Shown here piece after piece: positions 21,899 to 32,657 of a stretch of DNA of 64,000 nucleotides. This DNA is from an uncultured Clostridium sp. (GTDB lineage Bacteria; Bacillota; Clostridia; TANB77; CAG-508). The notes under the pieces are model-generated. The model searched no databases. It was not told where the DNA came from and worked only from the letters and a program-made list of their open reading frames with translations. Made by a program: the position numbers and the translations under genes. Where the stretch lies: the NCBI GenBank assembly GCA_948468045.1, contig CAOKGO010000006.1:3372-67371 (forward strand). The letters are read 5' to 3'. Every line of letters begins with the position of its first letter. Positions within the stretch are counted from its first letter, which is position 1.

Positions 21899-22844
21899 AT
21901 TCAAAAACTTCAAATTCTTCTATTTTGTTTCCTCTTAAAAAATCTTGTATTGACATTTTTTTTGCATTTTCTCCTTGAATTTCTAATACTTTTAAAACTC
22001 CTTGTTTTGTTTTTATAAAAAGCCCATCCCTTGTGTCTGAAACTAAAACTGTTCCATTTCTTATAATGTTCATATTTTCAATTTCAATTTCTTCTTTACT
22101 TGCTATTGCAACTTTCCAAAATTTTATTTTTTTCCCATTTAAGTAAGTAAATGCACCCATAATAGGGTTTAAACCTCTTACTAAATTTTTGATTTCTTGT
22201 GCTGTTTTTGTTTCCCAATCAATTTTTGACATTTCCTTAGAAAGCATTGGTGCAACTGTAAAATCTTCACTTTGTTTTTCCCTTGGTGCTGTACCTTTTT
22301 CTAATTTTTCTAAAGTTTGTACTAAAAGTTCTCCACCTATTTTAGAAAGTCTTTCCCATAGCTCTCCTGTTGTTTCATCTTCTCCTATTGTAACTTCTTC
22401 TTTTAAAATTATATCTCCTGTGTCCATTCCTTTGTCCATATACATAGTGCTAACTCCTGTTACTTTATCTCCATTTAAAACTGCCCATTGAATTGGGGCT
22501 GCTCCTCTGTATTTTGGAAGTAAAGAAGCATGAACATTTATACAACCAAACTTAGGAATTTCTAATATTTTTCTAGGCAGTATTTTTCCATATGCTACCA
22601 CACAAATAACATCTGGATTTATTGTTTTTAGTTCTTCTGTTAATTCTTTAATTTTTAAAGGTTGATATATTTTTAAATCTTTTCTCATTGCATATTCTTT
22701 TACTTCTGATGGTATTAATTTCATACCTCTCCCTTTTGGTCTGTCTGGATTTGTTACTACTGCCATGATATTGTGACCAGCTTTATAAATTGCCTCTAAA
22801 CTTTCTTTAGCAAAATCTGGTGTTCCCATAAAAACAATGTTCAT
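21897..22844 (-). CDS. fmt: Methionyl-tRNA formyltransferase
   Basis: 315 aa; MNIVFMGTPDFA... and HASLLPKYRGAAPIQWA. Confidence 0.9.
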   Translation of the reverse strand: MNIVFMGTPDFAKESLEAIYKAGHNIMAVVTNPDRPKGRGMKLIPSEVKEYAMRKDLKIYQPLKIKELTEELKTINPDVICVVAYGKILPRKILEIPKFGCINVHASLLPKYRGAAPIQWAVLNGDKVTGVSTMYMDKGMDTGDIILKEEVTIGEDETTGELWERLSKIGGELLVQTLEKLEKGTAPREKQSEDFTVAPMLSKEMSKIDWETKTAQEIKNLVRGLNPIMGAFTYLNGKKIKFWKVAIASKEEIEIENMNIIRNGTVLVSDTRDGLFIKTKQGVLKVLEIQGENAKKMSIQDFLRGNKIEEFEVFE

Positions 22845-22870
22845 GATTTTTTCCTCCGTTCCTTAACTTT

Positions 22871-23923
22871 TTACTCTCTAGTTTTTTCTCCATTACTTGA
22901 AAATCCATAATCTAATATGTTTATTCCATTTAATTCGCTTTTTTTAATCAAATCAGCTTCCACTGCATTATTTAAGTAGTCTTTAACTGTATCTGTATCT
23001 AATTTCAATACTTTAGCAATGGCTTTTTCCTTAATACCTAATTTTGTAGCAAGTGCAATTATTCTTGTTATACTATCTTGTTTTTGTTTTACTTGAAAAT
23101 CTTCTTTTTTTGCTTTATATAATTTTCTATATCTTGCTTGTTCCTCAATATCTATTATCTCTACATCATCAATTCCAAATTGCTGTTGTATTTCATATGT
23201 CGACTTATATTTCAAAAATTCATTGATTGCCATTTCTCTTGTATTTAAACTTACAAATTTAATTTTTTTATGTGATTTATTTAGTTTCATCTTTAAAATA
23301 GCTACTGCTTCTTTTGATAATTCTGTCAACTCTGAAATAGCATTTATATTATTATTTCCTGCACTTAGCATTCTAATTGCAGTTTCTGTTTTACAAGCTC
23401 TTACTAAAGAAATTTCTAAACTTTTTAATTTTTCTTCCATATCTTTTGAAACAGTTATATTATTTAACTGGTGTCTAGCTCTAATTAATTTTAATGCTTT
23501 TTCATATTCTTTTGCTGATATATATTGATTTACAACTTCAATAATATCTGTATCTTGAAAATTTTCTTTTAACTTTTCGACTCTTTCTTGTGGTTGTAAA
23601 GATTCATCTTCTTCGTACATAACTGGAGTTTTTTCATCATCTCGAATATAGTTACAATAAGTTATTTTTTTTCCTTTTTTTTGTGCTTTTCTTAATTTTT
23701 TTCCCTCTTCTCTTTTTTCTTTATCTATATACCCATATTTTTCACATCTTTTTATAATTTTAAGTATTGTTGAAGTGCTTATTGGAACTTCTGATTTTTT
23801 ATATTTATCTATAGTATAAGATGTCATTTGTTCTTCTTCCACTAATCTTATAATTGTTTGTATAAGTGGATTTTTTTCAATCTCCATTCTTTCTTCTTGT
23901 TCAGTTAACTGTACTTTTTTCAT
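22871..23923 (-). CDS. Multi-HTH repeat protein (paralog family), inserted between def and fmt
   Basis: 350 aa; the C-terminus ...ITRIIALATKLGIKEKAIAKVLKLDTDTVKDYLNNAVEADLIKKSELNGINILDYG is paralogous to 20371-21522. Confidence 0.55.
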   Translation of the reverse strand: MKKVQLTEQEERMEIEKNPLIQTIIRLVEEEQMTSYTIDKYKKSEVPISTSTILKIIKRCEKYGYIDKEKREEGKKLRKAQKKGKKITYCNYIRDDEKTPVMYEEDESLQPQERVEKLKENFQDTDIIEVVNQYISAKEYEKALKLIRARHQLNNITVSKDMEEKLKSLEISLVRACKTETAIRMLSAGNNNINAISELTELSKEAVAILKMKLNKSHKKIKFVSLNTREMAINEFLKYKSTYEIQQQFGIDDVEIIDIEEQARYRKLYKAKKEDFQVKQKQDSITRIIALATKLGIKEKAIAKVLKLDTDTVKDYLNNAVEADLIKKSELNGINILDYGFSSNGEKTRE

Positions 23924-23963
23924 AATTTCACATCCTTAATTTAATTATATATTATATTAATTT

Positions 23964-24446
23964 TTAGTTATTATTTTCTAGCTCTATATATTCCAAAGTT
24001 CCTGGTATTATTTTATCCATAAATACCGCTCCATTTAAATGGTCTACTTCATGACAAATTGCCTGTGCTAACAATTCTTTGGCTTTCACTCTCATTCTTT
24101 TTCCTTCTCTATTAGTATATTCTGCAACAACTTCCTCTGGTCTTATTACTTTTGCAAATTGATTAGGAAAACTTAAGCAACCCTCATCCATTTCATGTTC
24201 TCCTTTTGTTTTAATTATAACAGGATTTATCATAACAATTGGGCCTTTATCATCATATAAGTCAATAACAATTACCCTTTTTAAAATTCCAACTTGTACT
24301 GCTGCTAGACCTACGCCATTATATTTATGCATAGTTTCTATCATATCATCAATTAAAATTTGTAACTTTTCATCAATTATATCAACTTCCCTTGATTTCT
24401 TTTTTAAAATCTCATCTTTTTCAAACCTCAAATTTCTAATTGCCAT
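23964..24446 (-). CDS. def: Peptide deformylase
   Basis: GVGLAAVQVG, EGCLSFP and HEVDHLNG motifs. Confidence 0.9.
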   Translation of the reverse strand: MAIRNLRFEKDEILKKKSREVDIIDEKLQILIDDMIETMHKYNGVGLAAVQVGILKRVIVIDLYDDKGPIVMINPVIIKTKGEHEMDEGCLSFPNQFAKVIRPEEVVAEYTNREGKRMRVKAKELLAQAICHEVDHLNGAVFMDKIIPGTLEYIELENNN

Positions 24447-24533
24447 TTTTAATTCTCCTTATTACAATTATTATACAATTGGATGTTACAAATAAAAATA
24501 TATAAACTTTTAGTTGTAAAATAATAATCCAAC

Positions 24534-26801
24534 TTACATCATATTATTAGGATTTACATCTATTGATATTTTAGTATATTTCCAATCTTTTTCATAAGCT
24601 TGCTTCAAAAGCTCATTTAAAACATCATTTGCTTTAACATTCATATTTCCTTTAATAATTATTCTAAAGCGTAACCTATTTTGTATTTTATCTATTGGTG
24701 ATGGCATTGGCTTAAATACTTTAAATTGTTCTTTTTCTAATTGTTTTTTTAGATGTTCATAAATCCAATTACTTGCATTTCTTATTTCTAGCTCTTGTAA
24801 ACTGCTAAAATTCACCACTATTATATCACAAAATGGTGGATATTTCAACTGTTTACGTAAAGTTGTTTCAGTTTCATAAAATTTTTCATAGTTTTGTTCT
24901 TTACTACATTGAATACTAAAGTTTTCTGGATTGTAACTTTGTATAATTACTTTTCCTGGCAAATTTTCTCGTCCTGCACGTCCTGCTACTTGTGTTAAAA
25001 TTTGAAATGTTCTTTCATTTGCCCTATAATCATCTAAATTCAAAGAGCTATCTGCTGCAATTACACCTACTAATGTGACATTTGGAAAATGATGTCCTTT
25101 AACTACCATCTGTGTTCCTATTAAAATATCGATATTTTCATTTTTAAATTTTTCCAAAATATGTTCATGTGAATTTTTCTTAGTTACTGTATCTATATCC
25201 ATTCTAATAGTTTTTGCATTTGGAAACTGTTTTAGTACTTCTTGCTCTAATTTCTGTGTTCCTGTTCCAAAATAGCGAATTTTATCACTATGACATTCAG
25301 GACATACTGTTACAACATTTTCTTCATAACCACAATAATGACATTTTAATTTCTTTTCATAGCTATGATATGTTAAGCTAATATTACAATTCTTGCATTT
25401 TACAGTATATCCACAATTTCTGCACATTATAAATGTTGAATAACCTCTTCTATTTAAAAACAAAATAGTTTGTCTTTTAAGTTTTAAATTTTCTTCAATG
25501 CTATTATATAAATCTATACTAAGCATAGAATGATTTCCATTTATTAATTCCTGCTTTAAGTCTATAATCTGAACTGTTGGTAAAGAAGATTTATTTGCTC
25601 TTTTTGTTAATTTTAATAATTCCATTTCTTTGTCATTTTCTTTAATAGCAACATAATAGTTTCTTAGATCTGGTGTTGCACTACCTAACACTAATGGACA
25701 TTTATTTTGTTTTGCAATTTGTTTTGCAACTTCTTTTGCATCATACTTAGGGCTTGACTCTGACTTATATGAGCTGTCATGTTCTTCATCAATAATTATA
25801 AGTCCCAAATTTTCTACAGGTGCAAATATTGCTGACCTTGCACCAATCACTATTTTTGCATTTCCTTGTCTTATTCTTTCCCATTCATCATGCCTTTCTC
25901 CAATTGATAATTTGCTATGTAAAACTGCTATTTCTTCTTTTCCAAACCTTGCCATAAATCTATTTAACATCTGAGGTGTCAAAGAAATTTCAGGAACTAA
26001 AAGAATTGCAGTTTTTTGCTTCTCTAGTGCTGTACCTATTAATTGTAAATAAATTTCAGTTTTGCCAGAACCTGTTACACCAAATAATAAAAAAGACTTA
26101 TACTCACTTTCATCCATTTTATCTTTCACTTTTTTGTATGCATCTTCTTGCTCTTCAGTCAATTCCAAATTTTGTACTTTCTCTGTTTGCTTAATTTTTT
26201 CTAAATCCTTTAACTTTAATGGATTTCTTTCAACTTTTTCTTCCACAATTTCTAAATACTCATTTTTAATCAAAGTATTCACAATAGCCCTTGAACAATC
26301 TGTAAACATCTCTATTTCTGATATAGTTACTCCCTCATTATCTTTAACAAAAGAAACTACTTTTTTTTGCTTCTCTGACTTAATTTTCCCTAAGTGTATA
26401 TCTAACTCTATTTCTTCCATACTTTTTGCAAGATAAACACAATTAATTGTTTTATCTTGCACTCTATTTTCCTTATTTTTAGTCCTAGTTCCTGGTGTCA
26501 GCATTAGCTTAATACAATCTGAAACATTACAAAAATAACGTTTTGCCATCCACTTTGCAAGTTCAATTTGTTCATCTTTTAACTGTTCTTCTAATTTAGC
26601 AATCTCTTTAATCTCATATTGATAATTTGTCTTTTCCTTTAACCCCACAACAAAAGCTTCTTCTAGCTTCTCTCCTCTGCCAAAAGGAACTAAAACTTTG
26701 CTACCAACAAAAATAAGCCCCTCTAACACTTTTGGGACCTGATAATCAAAAGTTCTATTCAATTTCTTAGCAGCTCTATTAATAATTACCTCTGCTATCA
26801 T
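24534..26801 (-). CDS. priA: Primosomal protein N' (replication restart helicase)
   Basis: 755 aa; GVTGSGKTE Walker A, DEEHD, and the CxxC/CxxC zinc-binding motifs. Confidence 0.9.
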   Translation of the reverse strand: MIAEVIINRAAKKLNRTFDYQVPKVLEGLIFVGSKVLVPFGRGEKLEEAFVVGLKEKTNYQYEIKEIAKLEEQLKDEQIELAKWMAKRYFCNVSDCIKLMLTPGTRTKNKENRVQDKTINCVYLAKSMEEIELDIHLGKIKSEKQKKVVSFVKDNEGVTISEIEMFTDCSRAIVNTLIKNEYLEIVEEKVERNPLKLKDLEKIKQTEKVQNLELTEEQEDAYKKVKDKMDESEYKSFLLFGVTGSGKTEIYLQLIGTALEKQKTAILLVPEISLTPQMLNRFMARFGKEEIAVLHSKLSIGERHDEWERIRQGNAKIVIGARSAIFAPVENLGLIIIDEEHDSSYKSESSPKYDAKEVAKQIAKQNKCPLVLGSATPDLRNYYVAIKENDKEMELLKLTKRANKSSLPTVQIIDLKQELINGNHSMLSIDLYNSIEENLKLKRQTILFLNRRGYSTFIMCRNCGYTVKCKNCNISLTYHSYEKKLKCHYCGYEENVVTVCPECHSDKIRYFGTGTQKLEQEVLKQFPNAKTIRMDIDTVTKKNSHEHILEKFKNENIDILIGTQMVVKGHHFPNVTLVGVIAADSSLNLDDYRANERTFQILTQVAGRAGRENLPGKVIIQSYNPENFSIQCSKEQNYEKFYETETTLRKQLKYPPFCDIIVVNFSSLQELEIRNASNWIYEHLKKQLEKEQFKVFKPMPSPIDKIQNRLRFRIIIKGNMNVKANDVLNELLKQAYEKDWKYTKISIDVNPNNMM

Positions 26802-26804
26802 TTC

Positions 26805-26875
26805 ATTTTGCCTCCTTGTCCTATTGGGGATGTCCTATTGGGGACGTTTCTTTCGGGACATTTTTATGTAACTTT
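26805..26875 (-). promoter_or_regulatory. Conserved 5' leader (family E) upstream of priA, including the RBS
   Basis: Minus strand: tacataaaaatgtcccgaaagaaacgtccccaataggaca[tccccaataggaca]aggaggcaaaATG. A duplicate lies at 27737-27790. Confidence 0.5.
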
Positions 26876-26909
26876 GTAGCTTTTCACTTTATTTTATATA
26901 TTAAAGTTA

Positions 26910-27736
26910 TTATTCTAAACAAATATCACTATCATCAATAGCTTTTTTGTATTCTGTTTGTTTCTTTGATTCTGATTGAATATGTTTTATTTCTATTTGT
27001 TTATCAGAAACTTCAACTGGTTGTTCTATTATTTTTGATTCTTCTAATTTTATTCCACTATCTTCAGATATTTCTTCACTAGACTGATAATCCTTTATTA
27101 GCGTTTGTTTGAATTCTTCAATTTTATCTGACAGACCAAGTTTTTGTAAATCTGGAATGATTGTTCCTTCAAGTAATTCTAGTATATTATTTACCTCATA
27201 ATTTTCTCTTAGAAATTTTTTTAATATAGGAACAACTAAATTATCACTTAAATTATACTGTAATACTTGATTAGCAGTATCTATATATTTTGATAGACAA
27301 GCATCAATTTCTTCTTGTTCCTCATCTGTATATGGTATAACTTCTAGTTGCTTTGGCTTAAAAATTTTTCTTATTCTTGCAAAAATTTTTCTTACTGGTG
27401 TAACTTTCTCTAATGAATTTATTTGTCCATTCTTTTTTTCATCAATTTGTTCTACTGTATTCAAATATGTTAAGAAATCTATACCACCTTTTTTAGTCAT
27501 TTCCACTAAATCATATATAATTGCCTCTCCTACAATTGATTCTTGAGAATATATAGATATACCTGCTTCTTGAAATTGATTTTGCAATTCAACCAATTTA
27601 TTGTTTGTTATAATACCAATATTTGGAATATCTCTATTAGTAGTCCTTTTATATAACATTATTCCATTAGTAGCAATACCGAGATATTTGAGCTAAATAA
27701 TCAAATACTTCACTTTTAAATTTATTGTCTTCTTCC
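26910..27736 (-). CDS. Hypothetical protein; CGGT +1 site at 27678-27681 joins a 23-codon N-terminal ORF to the 249-aa ORF
   Basis: MEEDNKFKSEVFDYLAQIS, then tct-CGG-tat, then +1 GIATNGIMLYKRTTNRDIP... with no gap. Confidence 0.55.
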
Positions 27737-27790
27737 ATTTTTGCCTCCTTGTCCTATTGGGGACGTTTCTTTTGCGACATTTTTATGTAA
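27737..27790 (-). promoter_or_regulatory. Family E 5' leader copy upstream of the 26910-27736 gene
   Basis: tacataaaaatgtcgcaaaagaaacgtccccaataggacaaggaggcaaaaATG. Confidence 0.5.
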
Positions 27791-27831
27791 ACATATCCTG
27801 CAATGCTTTTCTGTATATATCTTTTAGTTTT

Positions 27832-28770
27832 TCATATCCACCGTTCTACTAATTCTGTAAAAATCTTTCCACAAACACCTGAATTTATTTCCATTACAAA
27901 CAAATTATTATCCATTGTTTGAATAATATCAATTGTAGCAAAATTCATATTAACTGCCTTACCTGCATTAATTGCCAACTTTTCAATTTTATTATATAAT
28001 TCACCTTTTTCCAAAATATTTGGAATTGCTCCACCACTTAAATTAAATTTCCAAGAAATCTCTACGCTTTCCCCTTCACTTGGTATATATTCCAAATCAA
28101 GTTTACTTAAGTTTTTTGCTACTACCAACTTATTTGGCAATTGCAAATTTGATGCCAATTCTCCAAGTGTTGACTTTCCGTCACCTATTACAAAAGGCTT
28201 TGTTTTGCTGTAAATTAGTAATACTTCTCCATTTAAGTAAAAAGTTCTATATTCATTTTTTATATCATAAAAAGGGCAAATACTAACAGATGCATTGTTT
28301 TTATTAAATAGTTTTTGAATTGCAATTTCTGTTTCCCTTAAACTATTACAAAGTTCTATTCCATTTCCTTGACAATCATTATTTGGCTTAACTACTAATC
28401 TACCATACTTTAAAAATTCATTTTCTATTAATTTACAATTACTTTCTTCTGGAATAAGTATGCTTCTAGTTGCTGGATTGAATACCATTTTGTGTTCTAT
28501 TATTGGAATATTTTGAGATTTTAGCACCTCATATGTTGCATATTTATCAGATACAATTGTACCAGATGCTAACATATTATTATCAAACATATTATCTGTA
28601 ATATGCCTTACTTGTCCATTTTTTGATAATTGCAAAATCCAGTCAAATGATAGTTTTTCAAACTTGATGTCCATCTCTTGGCACAATTCTCTTACCATTC
28701 TATGTAAAAGTCTTTCTTCTTTTTGTTCTTCCATACTAGTTTTTATTCTCCATTTCTTGTTCATTTTCAA
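27832..28770 (-). CDS. ATP-grasp domain protein
   Basis: The ...NFATIDIIQTMDNNLFVMEINSGV C-terminal ATP-grasp fold. An in-frame CGGT sits three codons before the stop (27840-27843). Confidence 0.65.
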   Translation of the reverse strand: MKMNKKWRIKTSMEEQKEERLLHRMVRELCQEMDIKFEKLSFDWILQLSKNGQVRHITDNMFDNNMLASGTIVSDKYATYEVLKSQNIPIIEHKMVFNPATRSILIPEESNCKLIENEFLKYGRLVVKPNNDCQGNGIELCNSLRETEIAIQKLFNKNNASVSICPFYDIKNEYRTFYLNGEVLLIYSKTKPFVIGDGKSTLGELASNLQLPNKLVVAKNLSKLDLEYIPSEGESVEISWKFNLSGGAIPNILEKGELYNKIEKLAINAGKAVNMNFATIDIIQTMDNNLFVMEINSGVCGKIFTELVERWI

Positions 28771-29308
28771 TTATTGTTCTTATTATTTGTACTGTTTTTT
28801 CTAAATCGTCATTTTTTAAAACGTAATCATATGAACTGATTTTAGATTCTTCATAATCAAACCTATTTAATCTTAGTACAATTTCAGCTGGACTAGGCTT
28901 GTCCACTCTTTCTTCAAGTCTTTTTCTCAATTCCTCTTTTGGTACTCTTAAAAAGACAGTAACTACTTTAGTATCTTGTTTTAATAATTCTTTTAGATGC
29001 TCTGTTCCATTTACATCAATATCTTTTACAATTATTTTACCACTTTTTATTCTGTCATTTAGCAATTTCCTAGATGTTCCATAATATTGATTATGGTGAA
29101 TATCATATTCATAAAATTCTTGTTTTTCTATCATGTTTTCAAATTCTTCTCTACTTACAAAATTGTAAGTTTGACCTTCTATGTCTCCTTCACGTATTGG
29201 CCTAGAAGTAAAAGATGGAAGTGATTCTACATTTTCCATCCTTTTTATTAGTTCTTTTTTTATTGTATCTTTTCCTGCTCCTGCTACTCCTGATAATATG
29301 ACTAACAT
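28736..29308 (-). CDS. gmk: Guanylate kinase
   Basis: LSGVAGAGKDT P-loop; SFTSRPIREGDIEGQTYNFVS...YYGT. Confidence 0.85.
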   Translation of the reverse strand: MLVILSGVAGAGKDTIKKELIKRMENVESLPSFTSRPIREGDIEGQTYNFVSREEFENMIEKQEFYEYDIHHNQYYGTSRKLLNDRIKSGKIIVKDIDVNGTEHLKELLKQDTKVVTVFLRVPKEELRKRLEERVDKPSPAEIVLRLNRFDYEESKISSYDYVLKNDDLEKTVQIIRTIIENEQEMENKN

Positions 29309-29490
29309 ATCGTTACCTTCCCCTCTGCTATTTCATTTGCTGCTAATGTAACTGGTGATTCTTCCTTTACATTAGTTCTTGCTTCATCACCTGCTGAAAT
29401 TTGTCTAGCTCTTCTTGCTGTTGCAATTACTAATTCATATCTGTTTTTAGCTTTTGTTAATAATTCACCTACTGTTGGTTTAACTATCAT
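29302..29490 (-). CDS. rpoZ: DNA-directed RNA polymerase subunit omega
   Basis: 62 aa; NRYELVIATARRARQI. Confidence 0.8.
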   Translation of the reverse strand: MIVKPTVGELLTKAKNRYELVIATARRARQISAGDEARTNVKEESPVTLAANEIAEGKVTIC

Positions 29491-29621
29491 TTTAAACTCC
29501 TCCTATTTTTTAATTTTGTTATGGTTCAGTAAAACATCAATTAATCTAAATATATTAGATATAAATATTTTCGCTAAACTATAACTATATTTTATCAAAA
29601 TTTTATAAACATTTAACTTTT

Positions 29622-29879
29622 TTATTTTACATCCTCTTGAGATATTGTTTTGTCAATTCTTCCTCCTACTGTTTCTGGTTGAACAGCTGATAAAATAATA
29701 TGACCTGAATCCATAATTAACACTGCTCTAGTTCTTCTTCCATATGTTGCATCAACAGCAGTTTTATTATCTTTTGCCTCTTGAACCATTCTTTTTATTG
29801 GTGCTGACTCTGGGCTTACAATTGCTACAATTCTTTCTGCTGAAACTATATTTCCAAATCCAATATTAACTAATTGCAT
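29622..29879 (-). CDS. remA: RemA/DUF370 family protein
   Basis: [27 protein letters not shown]...[27 protein letters not shown]. Confidence 0.85.
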   Translation of the reverse strand: MQLVNIGFGNIVSAERIVAIVSPESAPIKRMVQEAKDNKTAVDATYGRRTRAVLIMDSGHIILSAVQPETVGGRIDKTISQEDVK

Positions 29880-29947
29880 AATTCTTTCCTCACTTTCTTT
29901 TTATCATATATGAGAAGATAAATCTGCTCATATACACTAATAAAACA

Positions 29948-30880
29948 TTATTCTATATTTTGTACTTGTTCTCTAATATTTTCAAGCTCTGTTTTTATAT
30001 CAATAACACCATTTGTAATTTCTAAATTGTTTGCTTTTGAGCCAATTGTGTTGGTTTCCCTGTTCATTTCTTGAATAATAAAATCCAATTTTTTGCCAAT
30101 TGCTTCATCTGTTTTTATTAGCTTTTCAAATTGTGATATATGACTTTTTAATCTTGTTACTTCTTCTATTGAGCATTTATCTGCATAGATTACTACTTCT
30201 TGTGCTAATCTTGCTTCATCAATATCTTGATTTTTTAGTATTTCTTTTATTCTACCCTCTAATTTTACTACATATTCTTCAATAAGTCCAGTAGAAAGTG
30301 AAGATATTTCTTCTACTTTTTCTTTAATTCCCTGTATTCTAGCAACTAAATCATCTGCCATTTTATTTCCTTCTATACTTCTCATTTGTACTAAATTTTC
30401 TGTGGCATTACTTACTGCCTCTAATAAAGCATCTTTTATAGTTTCATCTTCTTGATTATTTTGAATTGTTAAAACATCAGGTAACTTTGATATTTCTGTA
30501 ACTTCTATATTATCTAAAATATTTTCCTGTTTAGCTAATTTTTTTAATTCATCAATATAAATCTTAGCAATTTCAGTATTTATCTTAATTTCTTTATCTT
30601 TTATAGAATTATTTTCAAAAGTAATAAAGACATCAACTTTTCCTCTTTTTATTTGTGAAGATATTTGTTTTTTTACTTCATCTTCTAAATAACTTAAAAC
30701 TCTTGGCATTTTTACGCAAATATCTAAATATCTGTGATTTACGCTTTTAATTTCTACTTGGTATTCTTTTTTATCTTTTGATAAATTAGCTTTACCATAT
30801 CCAGTCATACTTTTAATCATTTCTCTTTTTTGCCTCCTTTTTAATAGGCTCATCTTTTTTAACAATTTCTGAAATATCAC
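29948..30880 (-). CDS. YicC family stress-induced protein (likely start MIKSMTGYG at about 30820)
   Basis: SMTGYGKA N-terminus and overall YicC architecture. Confidence 0.8.
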   Translation of the reverse strand: MIFQKLLKKMSLLKRRQKREMIKSMTGYGKANLSKDKKEYQVEIKSVNHRYLDICVKMPRVLSYLEDEVKKQISSQIKRGKVDVFITFENNSIKDKEIKINTEIAKIYIDELKKLAKQENILDNIEVTEISKLPDVLTIQNNQEDETIKDALLEAVSNATENLVQMRSIEGNKMADDLVARIQGIKEKVEEISSLSTGLIEEYVVKLEGRIKEILKNQDIDEARLAQEVVIYADKCSIEEVTRLKSHISQFEKLIKTDEAIGKKLDFIIQEMNRETNTIGSKANNLEITNGVIDIKTELENIREQVQNIE

Positions 30881-31352
30881 TCAAACTATCTAAATAAGCT
30901 TTTCTTCCTTTTGTATATAATAAAATTGCTTTTAACACATAGTAAATGGAAAAAATATAAGAAGATGTCAATAAATAAAATCTAAAATCATATTTAAACA
31001 ATGTAATTATATGCATAATAGACAAACTATGTAATGATAAAACCAAAAATTCTATTCCAGTTAAGGCAATACTTCCACTATCTTTTTTATAAGCCCTTTC
31101 CAAAAACACAATTCCAACCACCAAAAATGCCCCTGCAAATATTTCTATATCTCCTACAAGCCTTTCTTGCTTTATTGTAGAATATGCTAAATTTAAAATA
31201 ATAAAATATAGCATAATACAAACTGCCTTTAGCAAATCCTTAAACATCTTTTTTAAAATTTCTTGAGATATTTCCTTTGGTAGTTTTTTTGCTTTTTTAT
31301 CATCTTTTTCTAAATCTTTAACTTTTTCTTCTTCTACTAACTCTTTTTCCAT
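30813..31352 (-). CDS. Hypothetical membrane protein
   Basis: 179 aa with 3-4 TM helices and a KE-rich N-terminus. Confidence 0.45.
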   Translation of the reverse strand: MEKELVEEEKVKDLEKDDKKAKKLPKEISQEILKKMFKDLLKAVCIMLYFIILNLAYSTIKQERLVGDIEIFAGAFLVVGIVFLERAYKKDSGSIALTGIEFLVLSLHSLSIMHIITLFKYDFRFYLLTSSYIFSIYYVLKAILLYTKGRKAYLDSLSDISEIVKKDEPIKKEAKKRND

Positions 31353-31403
31353 ATTTCTTTCCTTTCTCTCAAATGATGTAGTTACTCTAAGTAATCAAAT
31401 GAT

Positions 31404-32151
31404 TTATTCGAATTCATACATTATGACACTTAACATATTTAATGCTACTGTTTCCGTTCTTAAAATTCTATTACCTAATGTAACAATTTTGCAATTGTTT
31501 TCTTTTAGTAATTCTATTTCTGTATCATCTATTCCGACCTTCTGGCCCAATTAAAATTGCAATTTTTAGATTGCTTTTTTCGCTTTGTTTCAACTTTTGT
31601 AATTCATATTTTAATTTGTTTTCTTTTTCATTTTCATAAGCTACTATTACTATATCATATTCTGTACACAAATTACAAATACTTTTAAGAGAAATTATAG
31701 GTTTAATTTGTGGAATTTTGTTTCTTCCACTTTGTTTGCTTGCAACTTCTGCGATTTTTTGCCATCTTTGTATTTTCTTTATTTTATCTTTTTCATTTAA
31801 TTTAACAATACATCTTGCCATTTCTACTGGTATAATGTCATATGCTCCTAATTCTATTGATTTTTGAATGACAAGTTCCATTTTATCTGCTTTTGGAAGC
31901 CCTTGAAGAATTGATACTTCTATGTTAGGCTCTGCATTAGTTTTTAATTTTTCTATTATATCACATTTTATTACATCTTCATTTAATTGGCTTATTGTAC
32001 ATAAATAATCTATTGACATGTCTTTATTACACACTGTTATTTGATTGCCTTTCTTTTTCCTTAATACATTTTTTATGTGATTAACATCTTCACCTGTGAT
32101 TTTTATTTCATTATTGTCAATATTTTGACTTGTTACAAAAAACTTTGGCAT
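31404..32151 (-). CDS. rsmE: 16S rRNA (uracil1498-N3)-methyltransferase RsmE; CGGA +1 site at 31506-31509
   Basis: The MPKFFV N-terminus runs to ...IGPEG, then ggt-CGG-aat, then +1 IDDTEIELLKENNCKIVTLGNRILRTETVALNMLSVIMYEFE*, the conserved RsmE C-terminus. Confidence 0.85.
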
Positions 32152-32276
32152 ATCTATACTCCTCTAAAAGTTATTTTTCTATAAATCAACACTTTGTATT
32201 ATACGATTTTTTTGTTTATTTTTCAAGTGTTGGTAATTTATGTGAATTTGTGGTATAATAAATTAGAGGTGATTTT

Positions 32277-32654
32277 ATGACATATAAATTAAAATCTCGA
32301 GAAGAATTTAATGAATATTTAAAAAATGTTAAAATCATACCATCAGAAGATGAATTTTTAATTAATAAATTCAATTCTTCTTCTCTTTTTGAATTATATG
32401 AACTTTTTGTAAAAATAAAAGATGATTTTCAAATTTCTCCAGCTATGCAAAAGAAATTAAAAAAACATTTACAAACAAGTTTCCCTACTGAAGTTTCTAG
32501 CTGTTTAAGTTTTCCTGTAAATAAAATTTCAAATGACAAAATAGAATTTATATTATCTAGTGCATTAAGTCAATCACAAAAAATTGAATTACCTTATACA
32601 AATGATGTTACTCATATTAGAAAACGTCAAGAAGAAAAACAATATGAAAGATAA
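32277..32654 (+). CDS. Hypothetical protein
   Basis: 125-aa ORF with a TGGTATAAT extended -10 and an AGAGGTG RBS upstream. Confidence 0.5.
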   Translation: MTYKLKSREEFNEYLKNVKIIPSEDEFLINKFNSSSLFELYELFVKIKDDFQISPAMQKKLKKHLQTSFPTEVSSCLSFPVNKISNDKIEFILSSALSQSQKIELPYTNDVTHIRKRQEEKQYER

Positions 32655-32657
32655 TTT

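Noticed and set aside
22847-22862. CGG in the fmt ribosome-binding region (aacggagg) as a recoding site
   Set aside because: It is intergenic and part of the Shine-Dalgarno sequence, not a codon.
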